Below, one piece after another: positions 50,191 through 59,001 of a stretch of DNA of 64,000 nucleotides (its first letter is position 1; every line of letters begins with the position of its first letter). The notes under the pieces are model-generated. The model saw only the letters and a list, made by a program, of their open reading frames with translations. It was not told where the DNA came from and searched no databases. The position numbers were made by a program, and so were the translations under genes. The stretch covers positions 19,455-83,454 of the forward strand of contig JBARRR010000061.1 of assembly GCA_049644325.1 (NCBI GenBank). The letters run 5' to 3'. Source of the stretch: Candidatus Dormiibacterota bacterium. Its GTDB lineage: Bacteria; Chloroflexota; Dormibacteria; DASZGP01.

Positions 50191-52289
50191 GCGCTCCACG
50201 CGAAGGGTCAGGCGCACCGCTGGCGTCGGTGGCCCAGCTGGAGCGGGGTGCCGGCATTGGCGCCGCACCCGCCTGGGTGCGGCTCCCACGGCTGGAGACG
50301 CTGTGGCGGGGGCGGGCCGAGGATGCGCCGTGGGTCAGGCCCGGCCTACTGGGCCTGCTGGGCGCGACCGCGCTGCTCTATCTCTGGAACCTTGGTGCCT
50401 CGGGCTGGGCTAACGGCTTCTACTCGGCCGCGGTCCAGGCCGGCAGCACCAGCTGGTCCGCCTTTTTCTTCGGGTCCTTCGACGCCTCCAACTTCATAAC
50501 CGTGGACAAGGCGCCGGGGGCGCTCTGGCTGATCGACCTGTCGGTTCGCGTCTTCGGCCTCAGCACTTGGAGCATCCTCGTGCCGGAGGCGCTGGCGGGC
50601 GTCGGCACGGTCGCCCTGGTGTACGCCACCGTGCGGCGCTGGTCCGCGCCGGCGGCCGGGCTGCTGGCGGGCGCGGTGGTCGCCCTCACGCCGGTGGGGG
50701 CGCTGATGTTCCGCTTCAACAACCCTGACGCGCTCCTGGTCCTGGTGCTCACCGCCGCCGCCTACTCCACGGTGCGTGCCCTGGAGGCTGGCAAGACCGG
50801 CTGGCTGGTGCTGGCAGCGACCCTGGTCGGCTACGGCTTCCTGGTCAAGATGCTGCAGGCATACCTGGTGATGCCTGCGATCGTCCTGGTTTTCCTCGTG
50901 GCCGCGCCGATCTCGCTACGACGACGCCTCGCAAGCCTGGTCGCGGCCGGCCTGGCGCTGCTGGTGTCCTCTGGTTGGTGGGTGGCGATCGTCGAGCTGA
51001 TACCTGCCGCCAACCGCCCTTACATCGGTGGCTCGCAGGACAACACCGTGCTCAACCTGGTGTTCGGCTACAACGGCATAGGTCGCCTCACCGGCAACGA
51101 GACGGGCAGCGTCGGCGGCAACGGTCCGGTCGGGTCGATGTGGGGCCCAACCGGCTGGGACCGGCTCTTCCTGCCCAACTTCGGCGGCGACATCTCCTGG
51201 CTGATCCCGGCCGCAGTGGTGCTGCTGGTCGCAGGGCTGTGGCTGACCCGGCGGGCGCCGCGCACTGATCGCACCCGGGCGGCGCTGCTGCTGTGGGGCG
51301 GATGGCTGCTGGTAACCGGCCTGGTCTTCAGCTTTGCCAGCGGAATCATCCACCCCTACTACACGGTTGCGCTGGCGCCCCCCATCGGCGCCATCATCGG
51401 CATCGGCGCAACCATGCTTTGGAGCCGGCGTTCGCGGCTGCCGTGGCGGCTGCTCCTGGCCGCCTTGGTGGCGGGAACGGTGGTGTGGTCGTTCACGCTG
51501 CTCTCCCGCAGCCCCAACTGGTACCCGATGCTGCGCGTAGCCGTCCTGCTCGCCGGCCTCGCCGCCGCCGCCGGGTTGGCCCTGGTGGCACATCTGCCAG
51601 GCCGGGTTAGCGCCGCCGTGGCGGTGGTCGCCTTGTGCGCCGCGCTGGCCGGCCCCGCCGCCTACACGCTCGAGACAGTGCTCGTGGCTCACGGTGGCGC
51701 CATCCCGTCTGCGGGTCCAGCGGTTGCTGGTGGCCAGGGGGGTCCCGGTGGCCGACCGGGCGGACCGCCACCGGGCGCGGTCAATAGCCAGGTCCCCGGC
51801 GGACCTCCACCCGGCGTTGGAGCCTTTGCGGTAGGCGGTCCTCGCGGCGGACTCGCGCCTGGCATTTCGGCGAACCAGGGTGGCGGCCCCGGAGGCAGCT
51901 CGGCCGGCAGCCTGCTGGACAGCAGCAAGCCGGGCAGCGCAGTTGTCAGCCTGCTGAGCGCCGACTCCGGCAGCTACAAGTGGATCGCGGCTGTGGTCGG
52001 CGCCAACTCAGCGGCGGGCTACCAGTTGGCGACCAATGACCCCGTGATGGCGATTGGCGGCTTCAACGGCACCGACCCGACGCCGTCGCTGGCGGCGTTC
52101 CAGGCGGCCGTTAACGCGCACCAGGTTCACTACTTCATCGCCGGCGGCCGTGGCGGACCAGGTGGGGGACCGCAGGGCGGGCAGTCGTCGCAGTCCTCGG
52201 CCATCACCAGCTGGGTGGAGAGCCACTACAGTCCGACCACCGTCGATGGCGTGACGCTCTATGACTTGACGGCGAACCCCAGCGGTTGA
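50187..52289 (+). CDS. GT-C glycosyltransferase (family 39 / PMT_2-like mannosyltransferase) with Gly/Pro-rich C-terminal region
   Basis: Polytopic N-terminal half with DE-containing first loop; 700 aa. Confidence 0.7.
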   Translation: MSAPREGSGAPLASVAQLERGAGIGAAPAWVRLPRLETLWRGRAEDAPWVRPGLLGLLGATALLYLWNLGASGWANGFYSAAVQAGSTSWSAFFFGSFDASNFITVDKAPGALWLIDLSVRVFGLSTWSILVPEALAGVGTVALVYATVRRWSAPAAGLLAGAVVALTPVGALMFRFNNPDALLVLVLTAAAYSTVRALEAGKTGWLVLAATLVGYGFLVKMLQAYLVMPAIVLVFLVAAPISLRRRLASLVAAGLALLVSSGWWVAIVELIPAANRPYIGGSQDNTVLNLVFGYNGIGRLTGNETGSVGGNGPVGSMWGPTGWDRLFLPNFGGDISWLIPAAVVLLVAGLWLTRRAPRTDRTRAALLLWGGWLLVTGLVFSFASGIIHPYYTVALAPPIGAIIGIGATMLWSRRSRLPWRLLLAALVAGTVVWSFTLLSRSPNWYPMLRVAVLLAGLAAAAGLALVAHLPGRVSAAVAVVALCAALAGPAAYTLETVLVAHGGAIPSAGPAVAGGQGGPGGRPGGPPPGAVNSQVPGGPPPGVGAFAVGGPRGGLAPGISANQGGGPGGSSAGSLLDSSKPGSAVVSLLSADSGSYKWIAAVVGANSAAGYQLATNDPVMAIGGFNGTDPTPSLAAFQAAVNAHQVHYFIAGGRGGPGGGPQGGQSSQSSAITSWVESHYSPTTVDGVTLYDLTANPSG

Positions 52290-52314
52290 CGCCGCCGGCC
52301 GTCCCGAGGACCCG

Positions 52315-52599
52315 CTAGGCGCTTAGCTTCGCCACCAGCTCGCGGGCGTAATAGTCCTCCCAAGGCTCCCCCGGGGATTTCTCGGCGTACTCCTTGCCCA
52401 GCCGCACCAGGTGGTAGACGAGCTCGCTCCTGACGGGGGCCTTGCCGAGCACGGTGGGCAGCTCCGACAGGTTGATCAGCCAGTCGGCGTACCAGGAAGC
52501 CCAGTCGGGATCGTCGCCGTCCGCGATGCGCCACACAGCGTGGTGCAGCTTGCCCGCCTCGCGGACCAGGTCTCTCACGGCTTGCACCTGCTCGTCCAA
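52315..52599 (-). CDS. hypothetical protein (94 aa)
   Basis: ORF only. Confidence 0.35.
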   Translation of the reverse strand: MDEQVQAVRDLVREAGKLHHAVWRIADGDDPDWASWYADWLINLSELPTVLGKAPVRSELVYHLVRLGKEYAEKSPGEPWEDYYARELVAKLSA

Positions 52600-52693
52600 A
52601 CTTGCTCCTCCCAGCGTGCGGCTTGGTATACAGACCCCGCGACCGGAATGCTATTCCCCTGGCTGGCAAACCGTGGTGCCACGGCCCGGTGGA

Positions 52694-53866
52694 CTAGGCG
52701 GTTCGCTCCTGGGCCGGGTCGGGCAGCCAGACTCGCACGCGGGTGCCTTCGCCCTCGGCGCTCTGCACCTCGCACCAGCCCCCCATCATCTCGGCGCGCT
52801 CACTCATGGCCAGCAAGCCCAGGCTGTCCGGCCGCCGGCGGGCATCGACCGCAAAGCCCTTGCCGTCGTCACGGACGGTGAGCAGGGAGCCGCCCCAGCG
52901 GCTGTCCAGGGAGACGTCGACCCGGCTCGCGCCGGCGTGCTTGCGGACGTTGACCAGTGCCTCCTGGGCGATGCGGAACAGCTGGGTCCGTCGCTCCAGC
53001 GACGGCTCGGCCGCGAGCCGATCATGGAGGCGGTAGTGGACGCCGGCGTCGTCCCGCATCCGCTCCAGGTAGCCGCGCAAGGCGGCGGCTACGCCCTCGC
53101 GGTCGAGCACCGGGGGCCGCAGGTTGAAGAGTAGGTGGCGCAGCCGGGTCGCCGCCAGCTCGACGGTGCCCTGCAGCTCGTCCATCGCCTCCTGGGTGCC
53201 CTGGTCATGCGTGCGCTGGCGGACCCGCGCCAGCCGCAGGGAGATGGCTCCCATCACCTGGAGGGAGTCATCGTGCATATCGGCGGCGATCCGACGGCGC
53301 TCCTCCTCCTGGGCGGAGACGAGTCGATCGATCAGGTGGCGGCGGGCGTGGCCCATGGCCGCGAGCTCCTCGCCGGCAAGAACCTGCTCGGTGATGTCGC
53401 GGAGCGAGACCACGGCGCCGGTTACCTTGCCGGAGGCGTCCCGCAGGGGTGCGGCGTTGCAGGAGAGGTGGATCCTGGTGCCGTCGGGGCGTAGGAAGCT
53501 GAGTTGGATGCCGTAGACGGGTCGGTTCTGCTGCATCGCCATCAGTGAGGGGCGGTTGGTGGCACCCGCCGGCTTGCCGTCGCGGCCAAGCGACTCCTTG
53601 GTCAGGTCGATGATCGCCCGGCCGATCATGGCCTGCCGGGAAACCCCCAGGATTCGCTCGGCCTCCCGGTTGGCAAACCGCACCAGGCTCTTGCGGTCGA
53701 GGATGCAGATGCCTTCAGCGACGGTCTCGACAACAGAGCCCAGGATCAGGTTGAGGTCTGAGTTGAGAACAGCCGCTTCCAGGGAGAAGTCGGTGCTGCG
53801 CCGCCCGCCCCCGGTCTGACGGCGGCTGGCCGTGCGTCGAGGATCGCGGCGTTCAACGCGAGGCAT
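52694..53866 (-). CDS. PAS-domain sensor histidine kinase (HisKA_3 / NarL-partner type), orphan
   Basis: PAS domain, then HDDSLQVMGAISLRL (HisKA_3) and HATPase_c; no adjacent response regulator. Confidence 0.75.
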   Translation of the reverse strand: MPRVERRDPRRTASRRQTGGGRRSTDFSLEAAVLNSDLNLILGSVVETVAEGICILDRKSLVRFANREAERILGVSRQAMIGRAIIDLTKESLGRDGKPAGATNRPSLMAMQQNRPVYGIQLSFLRPDGTRIHLSCNAAPLRDASGKVTGAVVSLRDITEQVLAGEELAAMGHARRHLIDRLVSAQEEERRRIAADMHDDSLQVMGAISLRLARVRQRTHDQGTQEAMDELQGTVELAATRLRHLLFNLRPPVLDREGVAAALRGYLERMRDDAGVHYRLHDRLAAEPSLERRTQLFRIAQEALVNVRKHAGASRVDVSLDSRWGGSLLTVRDDGKGFAVDARRRPDSLGLLAMSERAEMMGGWCEVQSAEGEGTRVRVWLPDPAQERTA

Positions 53867-53993
53867 GAGGAGATTGTCCTTTTGCGAGTTGGGGCGTAGT
53901 TCGATGCATTGGTGTGTGTTACAGCCTTGGGACCGTCGGCGACCACGCGGGGGAACGCCCTCACGACGCGGTCCTGGCGCAGTTTCCGCTGGT

Positions 53994-54017
53994 GCCAGGG
54001 CGGTGGGTTCGATGACC
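53994..54017 (-). terminator. candidate hairpin downstream of the GMC oxidoreductase gene
   Basis: GCGGTGGGT-tcgatg-ACCCACCGC 9-bp stem; no U-tract. Confidence 0.3.
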
Positions 54018-54170
54018 CACCGCCCCGGCCCGCCCCGCCAGTTGCCCCTAACCCCATCAACCGACGAGACGGTTACACATATGACGCGTACATCCCCGGT
54101 AACTTGCGGGGACGTGTTCCCCCATGTTCAGGGGGGGATGGCGAGGCGGCGGCGACCGGGCCGCCGCCGG

Positions 54171-56210
54171 TCAGCTCAAGTTGGGCTTGGCCGGGGGTGC
54201 CTGTCGTCGCCGGCGCGGGCGTCGGGCCACGCCCGCGGCTGCCGCGGCCGCTCCGCCCAGCGCCGCCGCCGCGAACCCCGCATTTCCGCCGGGTGAGGTG
54301 TTGGGGAGAGACCCCACAGCCGTGCTGCCGGGTTCCCGGCTAAGCAAGTTCGCGCCATTCTCGACGATGCAGCTGGCGACCCAGTGGGCCAGGGCTTCGA
54401 TGGTGTGGGTGGGGTTGTAGCCTCCGGCCGTGGGGAACAGTGACCCGTCGGCGACGAAGAGGTTGGGTATCTCCCAGAACTGGCCGCAGCGGTTGACGAC
54501 CGAGGTCGTGGGGTCGGTGCCCATGCGCATGGTGCCGTGCTGGTGGACGACGTAGCGAGGGCCGACGGCATAGCTGGTCAGCGGCGTGGTGGTGGTCAGC
54601 GTCACCCCGCTGGCGCCGATCGCGCTCAGCATCGCATCCCCGATACCCTTCAGCTGGGCTGCGATGTAGGCGCCGACGATGCTGTCGTTGGCATGGTTGA
54701 AGTAGGTGATCCGCGCTACCGGCTGGCCGTACACGTCCTTGACGCTGGGGTCGAGGTCGACCCGGTTGGCCGCCACCGGCAGGTCTTCGCAGACGGTGGC
54801 GATGAAGGCCTCGGTGTTGTAGCCGGAGGCCATCGCCTGGAGCAGGGTGCTGCCGACGGGCAGCGGCAGGTTGAACGGCAGCGGGAGTTTGGCGGGGACG
54901 GTCGCCGAGCCCCAGATCCCGACTGGGGAGAAGTTGTTGCCCCCGCCCTGGTTGAAGCCGGGCGGCTTCATCAGCGCGGTTGCGAACGAGATGGGACCAC
55001 CGGAGCCGAAGGGGTAGCCGGGCGAGTTGCCGCTGGTGCTGATCACCCCCGCCCGGGGGAATATGGGATTGCCAGGGACGTTCAGGGCGCTGAGGTCCTG
55101 GAAGTCGTCGATGCTGATGGTGTTCCAGGCGCCCCTGTAGGTGTCCCAGCCGTGGGTGCCGTCGGTGATGGCGACCACGGCCGCGGGGTTGTGATGGGTG
55201 GTGAGGTTGCGTCCCACCATGTCGCTCAGGTTGTTGCCCAGACCGTTGGGATGCTGGGGGTTGGCGCTGAGGAGCGCCAGGCGGGGGGTGTCGATGGTGG
55301 AGCAGGCCAGGACGATGACCTGGGCCGCCTGCTCCTGGATGTTGAAGTCCTTGTCGAGATAGATGACCGATTTGGCCCGGCCGTCGGGTCGGGTCAGGAC
55401 CTGCAGGGCGCAGCACTCGGGCCGGATCTCGAGGTTGCCCGTCGCCAGGGCGCGCCGCAGCACCGTGACCGAGGTGGACGCCTTGGCCCCGTTGGGGCAG
55501 CCCCAGCCGTTGCAGAAGCCGCAGTTGACACAGGCGTGGCGACCCTGGAAGCCCTCGACGGTGTTGATGGCGCAGGGGGTGGGGTAGGGGTGGTAATTGA
55601 GGCTGCCGGCGGTGCCCTGGCGGAAGGCGATGGCCTCGTAGCGCTGCGCAACCGGGGGCAGCGGGTAGGGCTTGGAGTAGTGCAGCCCGAACTGCCCGGC
55701 CAGGGCGTTGGCAGGGGGCTGTTCGGCCTCGCCGGGGTAACCGTGGGGCGGTGGAAACCCAGGTGCCAGCCCCGCGATGCCGACGGCCTGTTCGACGGCC
55801 GTGTAATGAGGCTCCAGCTCGTCATAGGTCATCGGCCAGTCCGTCAGCGTTGACCCCGGAGGCACGCCGTAGAGAGACTTCAGCCGGAATTGGTCGGGAA
55901 TGAAGCGGAATGACGCGGCGCCATAGTGGAAGGTGCCACCGCCGACGCAGCGGGAGAGAGGGGAGGCGTGGTTGACTTGGGCCGGCTGCAAGGAGTTGGT
56001 TCGGAAGGTGCGCGGCTCGATACGGATGTCCTGGGTGTAGAAGTCGCGGTAGCCGAATTTGACGTCGTCGTTGCTGAAGGCGCTCTCGGTCAGCCAGGGG
56101 CCCTTCTCCAGGACCACGACCTTGAAGCCCGCCTCGGCCAGGACCCACGCGGCGATACCGCCGCCGGCGCCGGACCCGACGATCAGGATTTCAGTTTCGG
56201 GCAGGCTCAT
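54171..56210 (-). CDS. GMC-family FAD oxidoreductase large subunit with C-terminal cell-surface sorting-like signal
   Basis: N-terminal GSGAGGG FAD Rossmann; no signal peptide. C-terminus is ...SLPNTSPGG + 20-aa hydrophobic stretch + RRPRRRRQ. Confidence 0.8.
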   Translation of the reverse strand: MSLPETEILIVGSGAGGGIAAWVLAEAGFKVVVLEKGPWLTESAFSNDDVKFGYRDFYTQDIRIEPRTFRTNSLQPAQVNHASPLSRCVGGGTFHYGAASFRFIPDQFRLKSLYGVPPGSTLTDWPMTYDELEPHYTAVEQAVGIAGLAPGFPPPHGYPGEAEQPPANALAGQFGLHYSKPYPLPPVAQRYEAIAFRQGTAGSLNYHPYPTPCAINTVEGFQGRHACVNCGFCNGWGCPNGAKASTSVTVLRRALATGNLEIRPECCALQVLTRPDGRAKSVIYLDKDFNIQEQAAQVIVLACSTIDTPRLALLSANPQHPNGLGNNLSDMVGRNLTTHHNPAAVVAITDGTHGWDTYRGAWNTISIDDFQDLSALNVPGNPIFPRAGVISTSGNSPGYPFGSGGPISFATALMKPPGFNQGGGNNFSPVGIWGSATVPAKLPLPFNLPLPVGSTLLQAMASGYNTEAFIATVCEDLPVAANRVDLDPSVKDVYGQPVARITYFNHANDSIVGAYIAAQLKGIGDAMLSAIGASGVTLTTTTPLTSYAVGPRYVVHQHGTMRMGTDPTTSVVNRCGQFWEIPNLFVADGSLFPTAGGYNPTHTIEALAHWVASCIVENGANLLSREPGSTAVGSLPNTSPGGNAGFAAAALGGAAAAAAGVARRPRRRRQAPPAKPNLS

Positions 56211-56222
56211 CGCAGCCGCCGC

Positions 56223-57053
56223 CTACTGGGTGACCGTCTTGGTGCGGTCGAACTTTGTGGTCATGTCCTTGGCCGTCCAGCCCTGCCCTGGGCCCGGGCC
56301 GCCGCTGTTGATGTAGGAGGGGCCGGTGAAGTCGATCATGTCCCAGTAGACGTAGCCCTGGTTGCCGCCATAGGCGGGGTCGCCAAAGCAGGCCTGGGCG
56401 AGGTGGTCGAGGAAGGTCAGAAAGAAGGGCTGCCCATCCTCGCCTCTGCCGTTGTAGGCGCTGACCTCGCTGAGCTGCTGGGCCCGCAGGATGGGCTCGC
56501 GCAGCGGCGCTGCAGCAGCGGCGCTGAAGTCTCCACCGGCGGCGGTGTCGAGCGCGGCGACTCCATTTACATAAAGGGCCTGCAGCCGCTCCAACTCCGA
56601 CGGCCAGGCGTAGGGCCGCGTGGCCCGGGGGACGTCGCCATACCACCCGATGCGCTTGACCGTCCACAGGGGCACCTGTCCGGCTGCGGGAAAGACGGTC
56701 GCGCTGACGCCGGGGGGCAGCTTGACGTAGGGCGGCCGCTTCGCCCCGGCGGCATAGATCAGGCTGCCATCGAGCAGGTTCTGGACGAAGTCGACGGCGC
56801 CGGTGTCGCCGGCGCCCTGGACTGTCATCAGCGTCCCCCGCCGAGTCATGACCTGGCCGCCCGGGATGACGGTGTTGGCGGCCGCCACCAGGACGGCGCG
56901 CTGGTGTACCGATAAGACGAACGAAGAGGCCACGAAGGCCCGGACTGCGCGCATCCGGATTGCTGACGGAAGGGCTGCCGCGGTCGCTGTGGCGGCGCAG
57001 AGCGCCAGGAACCGGCGGCGGCTGAGCTGGAGCGGCGACGCTTCGCGGGTCAC
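56223..57053 (-). CDS. gluconate 2-dehydrogenase subunit-3-like Tat-signal small subunit
   Basis: Twin-arginine motif SRRRFLALCAATATAAALPSA after GTG 57053. The long N-extension to 57293 is discounted. Confidence 0.6.
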   Translation of the reverse strand: MTREASPLQLSRRRFLALCAATATAAALPSAIRMRAVRAFVASSFVLSVHQRAVLVAAANTVIPGGQVMTRRGTLMTVQGAGDTGAVDFVQNLLDGSLIYAAGAKRPPYVKLPPGVSATVFPAAGQVPLWTVKRIGWYGDVPRATRPYAWPSELERLQALYVNGVAALDTAAGGDFSAAAAAPLREPILRAQQLSEVSAYNGRGEDGQPFFLTFLDHLAQACFGDPAYGGNQGYVYWDMIDFTGPSYINSGGPGPGQGWTAKDMTTKFDRTKTVTQ

Positions 57054-58195
57054 TCGTCCGGGGCGCGTCGACGCAACGCCAGCAGGGCTGCTATCAACGC
57101 GGTGACTCCGCCCGCCGCCTGGGCCCAGCCCGGCGCCGCGCTGGAGGTGTTGGGGAGGGCCCCACCCGACGCGTCGCCGGCACCGCTTGCGCCAGCGGCC
57201 GCCGGAGCTGGGCTCGCGCTCGCGGTGGCGGCCCCGACCTGGTACGTGGACGAGAAGGCGGTGTGTCCGACTGGCGGGATCTCGCAGGCGCACCCGTACG
57301 AGTAGTCGGTATCGGGGGCCAGGTCGCCGATGCCGCGGTAGCCCACCGAGTACCAGACCGGCAGCCCCGCGGCGCCGCCGAGGTTGAGGTCGAAATAGGC
57401 GCCGTGGACCCAGTGGTAGGGCACCCCGACGCCGTCGCCGGCGAGGTAGGCCGGACCGTTGAAGTAGCGGCCCTCGAAGGGGAAGTGGTGGAAGATCGAG
57501 GCGTCGCCCTCCAGCTCCATGGCGTGCTCATCGAACTGCGCCAGGGCGGGGAGGCAGTCCGACCCCGGGGCGGTGTTGAGGAGGGCGGACTTATCAGCGC
57601 AGAGGTTCTTGACGTTGGGGCTGTGGCCGTTGAAGGGCATCGTCGGGGTGAAGTCGGAGCCGGCGTTGAAGCGCGCCGCCCAGTGTCCGTCGGCCCCGGG
57701 GCTGGTGGCGTTGCCCGCGGGGATGGCGGAGTAGTCGACCAGGACTCGGCGGCATCCAGCGCAGAGGGCGTCGAAGTCCGTGGACAGGTACCGTAGCTGA
57801 CAGTAGTGGCTGCCGGTGAACGGCGAGTTGTCGCCGGGCGGTGGTCCTGGCGCCGGCGATGGTAGGGCGTTGACCTCGGTCGATGCCGGGATGGGAGGCG
57901 GCGGGTGGGCCGCCTCGCCGCCACAGACGCCGACGCCCGCCGGCGGGGGCGCATCCTCGGGGTCGGCGGCGTAGTCACTGATGGGCACTGGCTGCACCAG
58001 CGCCGGCTGGTAGCTCTGCCAGCTGCTGGTGACGTCAACCAGGGGCCCGAGGGCGGCGACGCAGATGGGCAGCGCCACGGTATCGCATGGGTTGTTGGAG
58101 GCGGCGCCGGCCTCGGAGCTGGCCGGCGCGGTGAGCGCGGCCGCCAGCAGGGCAATACCCCCAAGCATGGATCCCCGCCGCAATCCTCGTGTCAT
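57050..58195 (-). CDS. secreted Cys/His-rich protein with C-terminal LPNTS sorting-like signal
   Basis: Signal peptide MTRGLRRGSMLGGIALLAAALTAPASS from ATG 58195 (SD GGAGTGGGAG). C-terminus is ...ALPNTSSAAPG + TM + RRRAPDE. Confidence 0.55.
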   Translation of the reverse strand: MTRGLRRGSMLGGIALLAAALTAPASSEAGAASNNPCDTVALPICVAALGPLVDVTSSWQSYQPALVQPVPISDYAADPEDAPPPAGVGVCGGEAAHPPPPIPASTEVNALPSPAPGPPPGDNSPFTGSHYCQLRYLSTDFDALCAGCRRVLVDYSAIPAGNATSPGADGHWAARFNAGSDFTPTMPFNGHSPNVKNLCADKSALLNTAPGSDCLPALAQFDEHAMELEGDASIFHHFPFEGRYFNGPAYLAGDGVGVPYHWVHGAYFDLNLGGAAGLPVWYSVGYRGIGDLAPDTDYSYGCACEIPPVGHTAFSSTYQVGAATASASPAPAAAGASGAGDASGGALPNTSSAAPGWAQAAGGVTALIAALLALRRRAPDE

Positions 58196-58257
58196 CTCCC
58201 ACTCCACATCGAATGTGGCCCGCGCCCTAGCATACAGGCGCCCGAGACGCCGGCGTC

Positions 58258-59001
58258 TTACGCCTTCTCGACCACCAGGCTGAATCGCGATTTGAACCGC
58301 TGCATGGCCAGCAGTACGGGCGCCCCCAATCCCAGGACCATGGCCGCGTTGCCGGCGGCCCGAAACGTATCCCAGACCAGGGACGTGGTGACGTAGTACC
58401 GGCCGAAGCGGCCCAGGGCTACCAGCGGCGCCAGTCCCGGCGTCCAGCCGATGTCGGGCGCGCTCCGGAAGAAGCTCCAATCCCAGACGTCGAGGATGAC
58501 GCCGTAGGCGTACCCCAGGATGACGCCGACCGCCGCCAGGGACAGGAGCCGCGCCCGCGGCGAGAACCCCGCCGTGGCCCGCCCGGCCACCCCCGCCAGC
58601 ATCCCGGTCCAGCCGACGCCAAACATCTCGTACGGCAGCCAGGGGCCGACTCCGCCGGTGACCAGCGCCGAGGTCAGCAGCGCCAGGGAGCCGGCCAAAA
58701 AGCCGAACGCGGGCCCAAAGACGTACCCCGCGCACAGCACCAGGAAGAAGATCGGGCTGAAGCCGGCCAGCCCGGTGACCAGGGCCAGCCGCAGGGCGGC
58801 ATCGAGGGCGGCGAACACCGCCAGCAGGGCCAGCCGTCGGTTGTCCAGCTCGTGGGTGCCGATGCCGATGAGGAGGATGGCGAGAACCACGCCGAGACCC
58901 AGGGCCAGCGCCGGCGACTCCGGGGGCAGGCCGAGGCCGAGGAAGGGCCAGGCGAAGATGGCGATGCCGGCCAGCGAGATCATCGGCAGTCTCATAGACA
59001 C
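58258..59001 (-). CDS. ECF transporter substrate-specific (S) component
   Basis: Six-TM, 247 aa protein encoded right after the ECF A/T genes. Confidence 0.6.
   Translation of the reverse strand: MSMRLPMISLAGIAIFAWPFLGLGLPPESPALALGLGVVLAILLIGIGTHELDNRRLALLAVFAALDAALRLALVTGLAGFSPIFFLVLCAGYVFGPAFGFLAGSLALLTSALVTGGVGPWLPYEMFGVGWTGMLAGVAGRATAGFSPRARLLSLAAVGVILGYAYGVILDVWDWSFFRSAPDIGWTPGLAPLVALGRFGRYYVTTSLVWDTFRAAGNAAMVLGLGAPVLLAMQRFKSRFSLVVEKA

Noticed and set aside
54537-55853. 438-aa plus-strand ORF inside the GMC oxidoreductase gene
   Set aside because: Antisense shadow of a gene with a clear FAD Rossmann motif.
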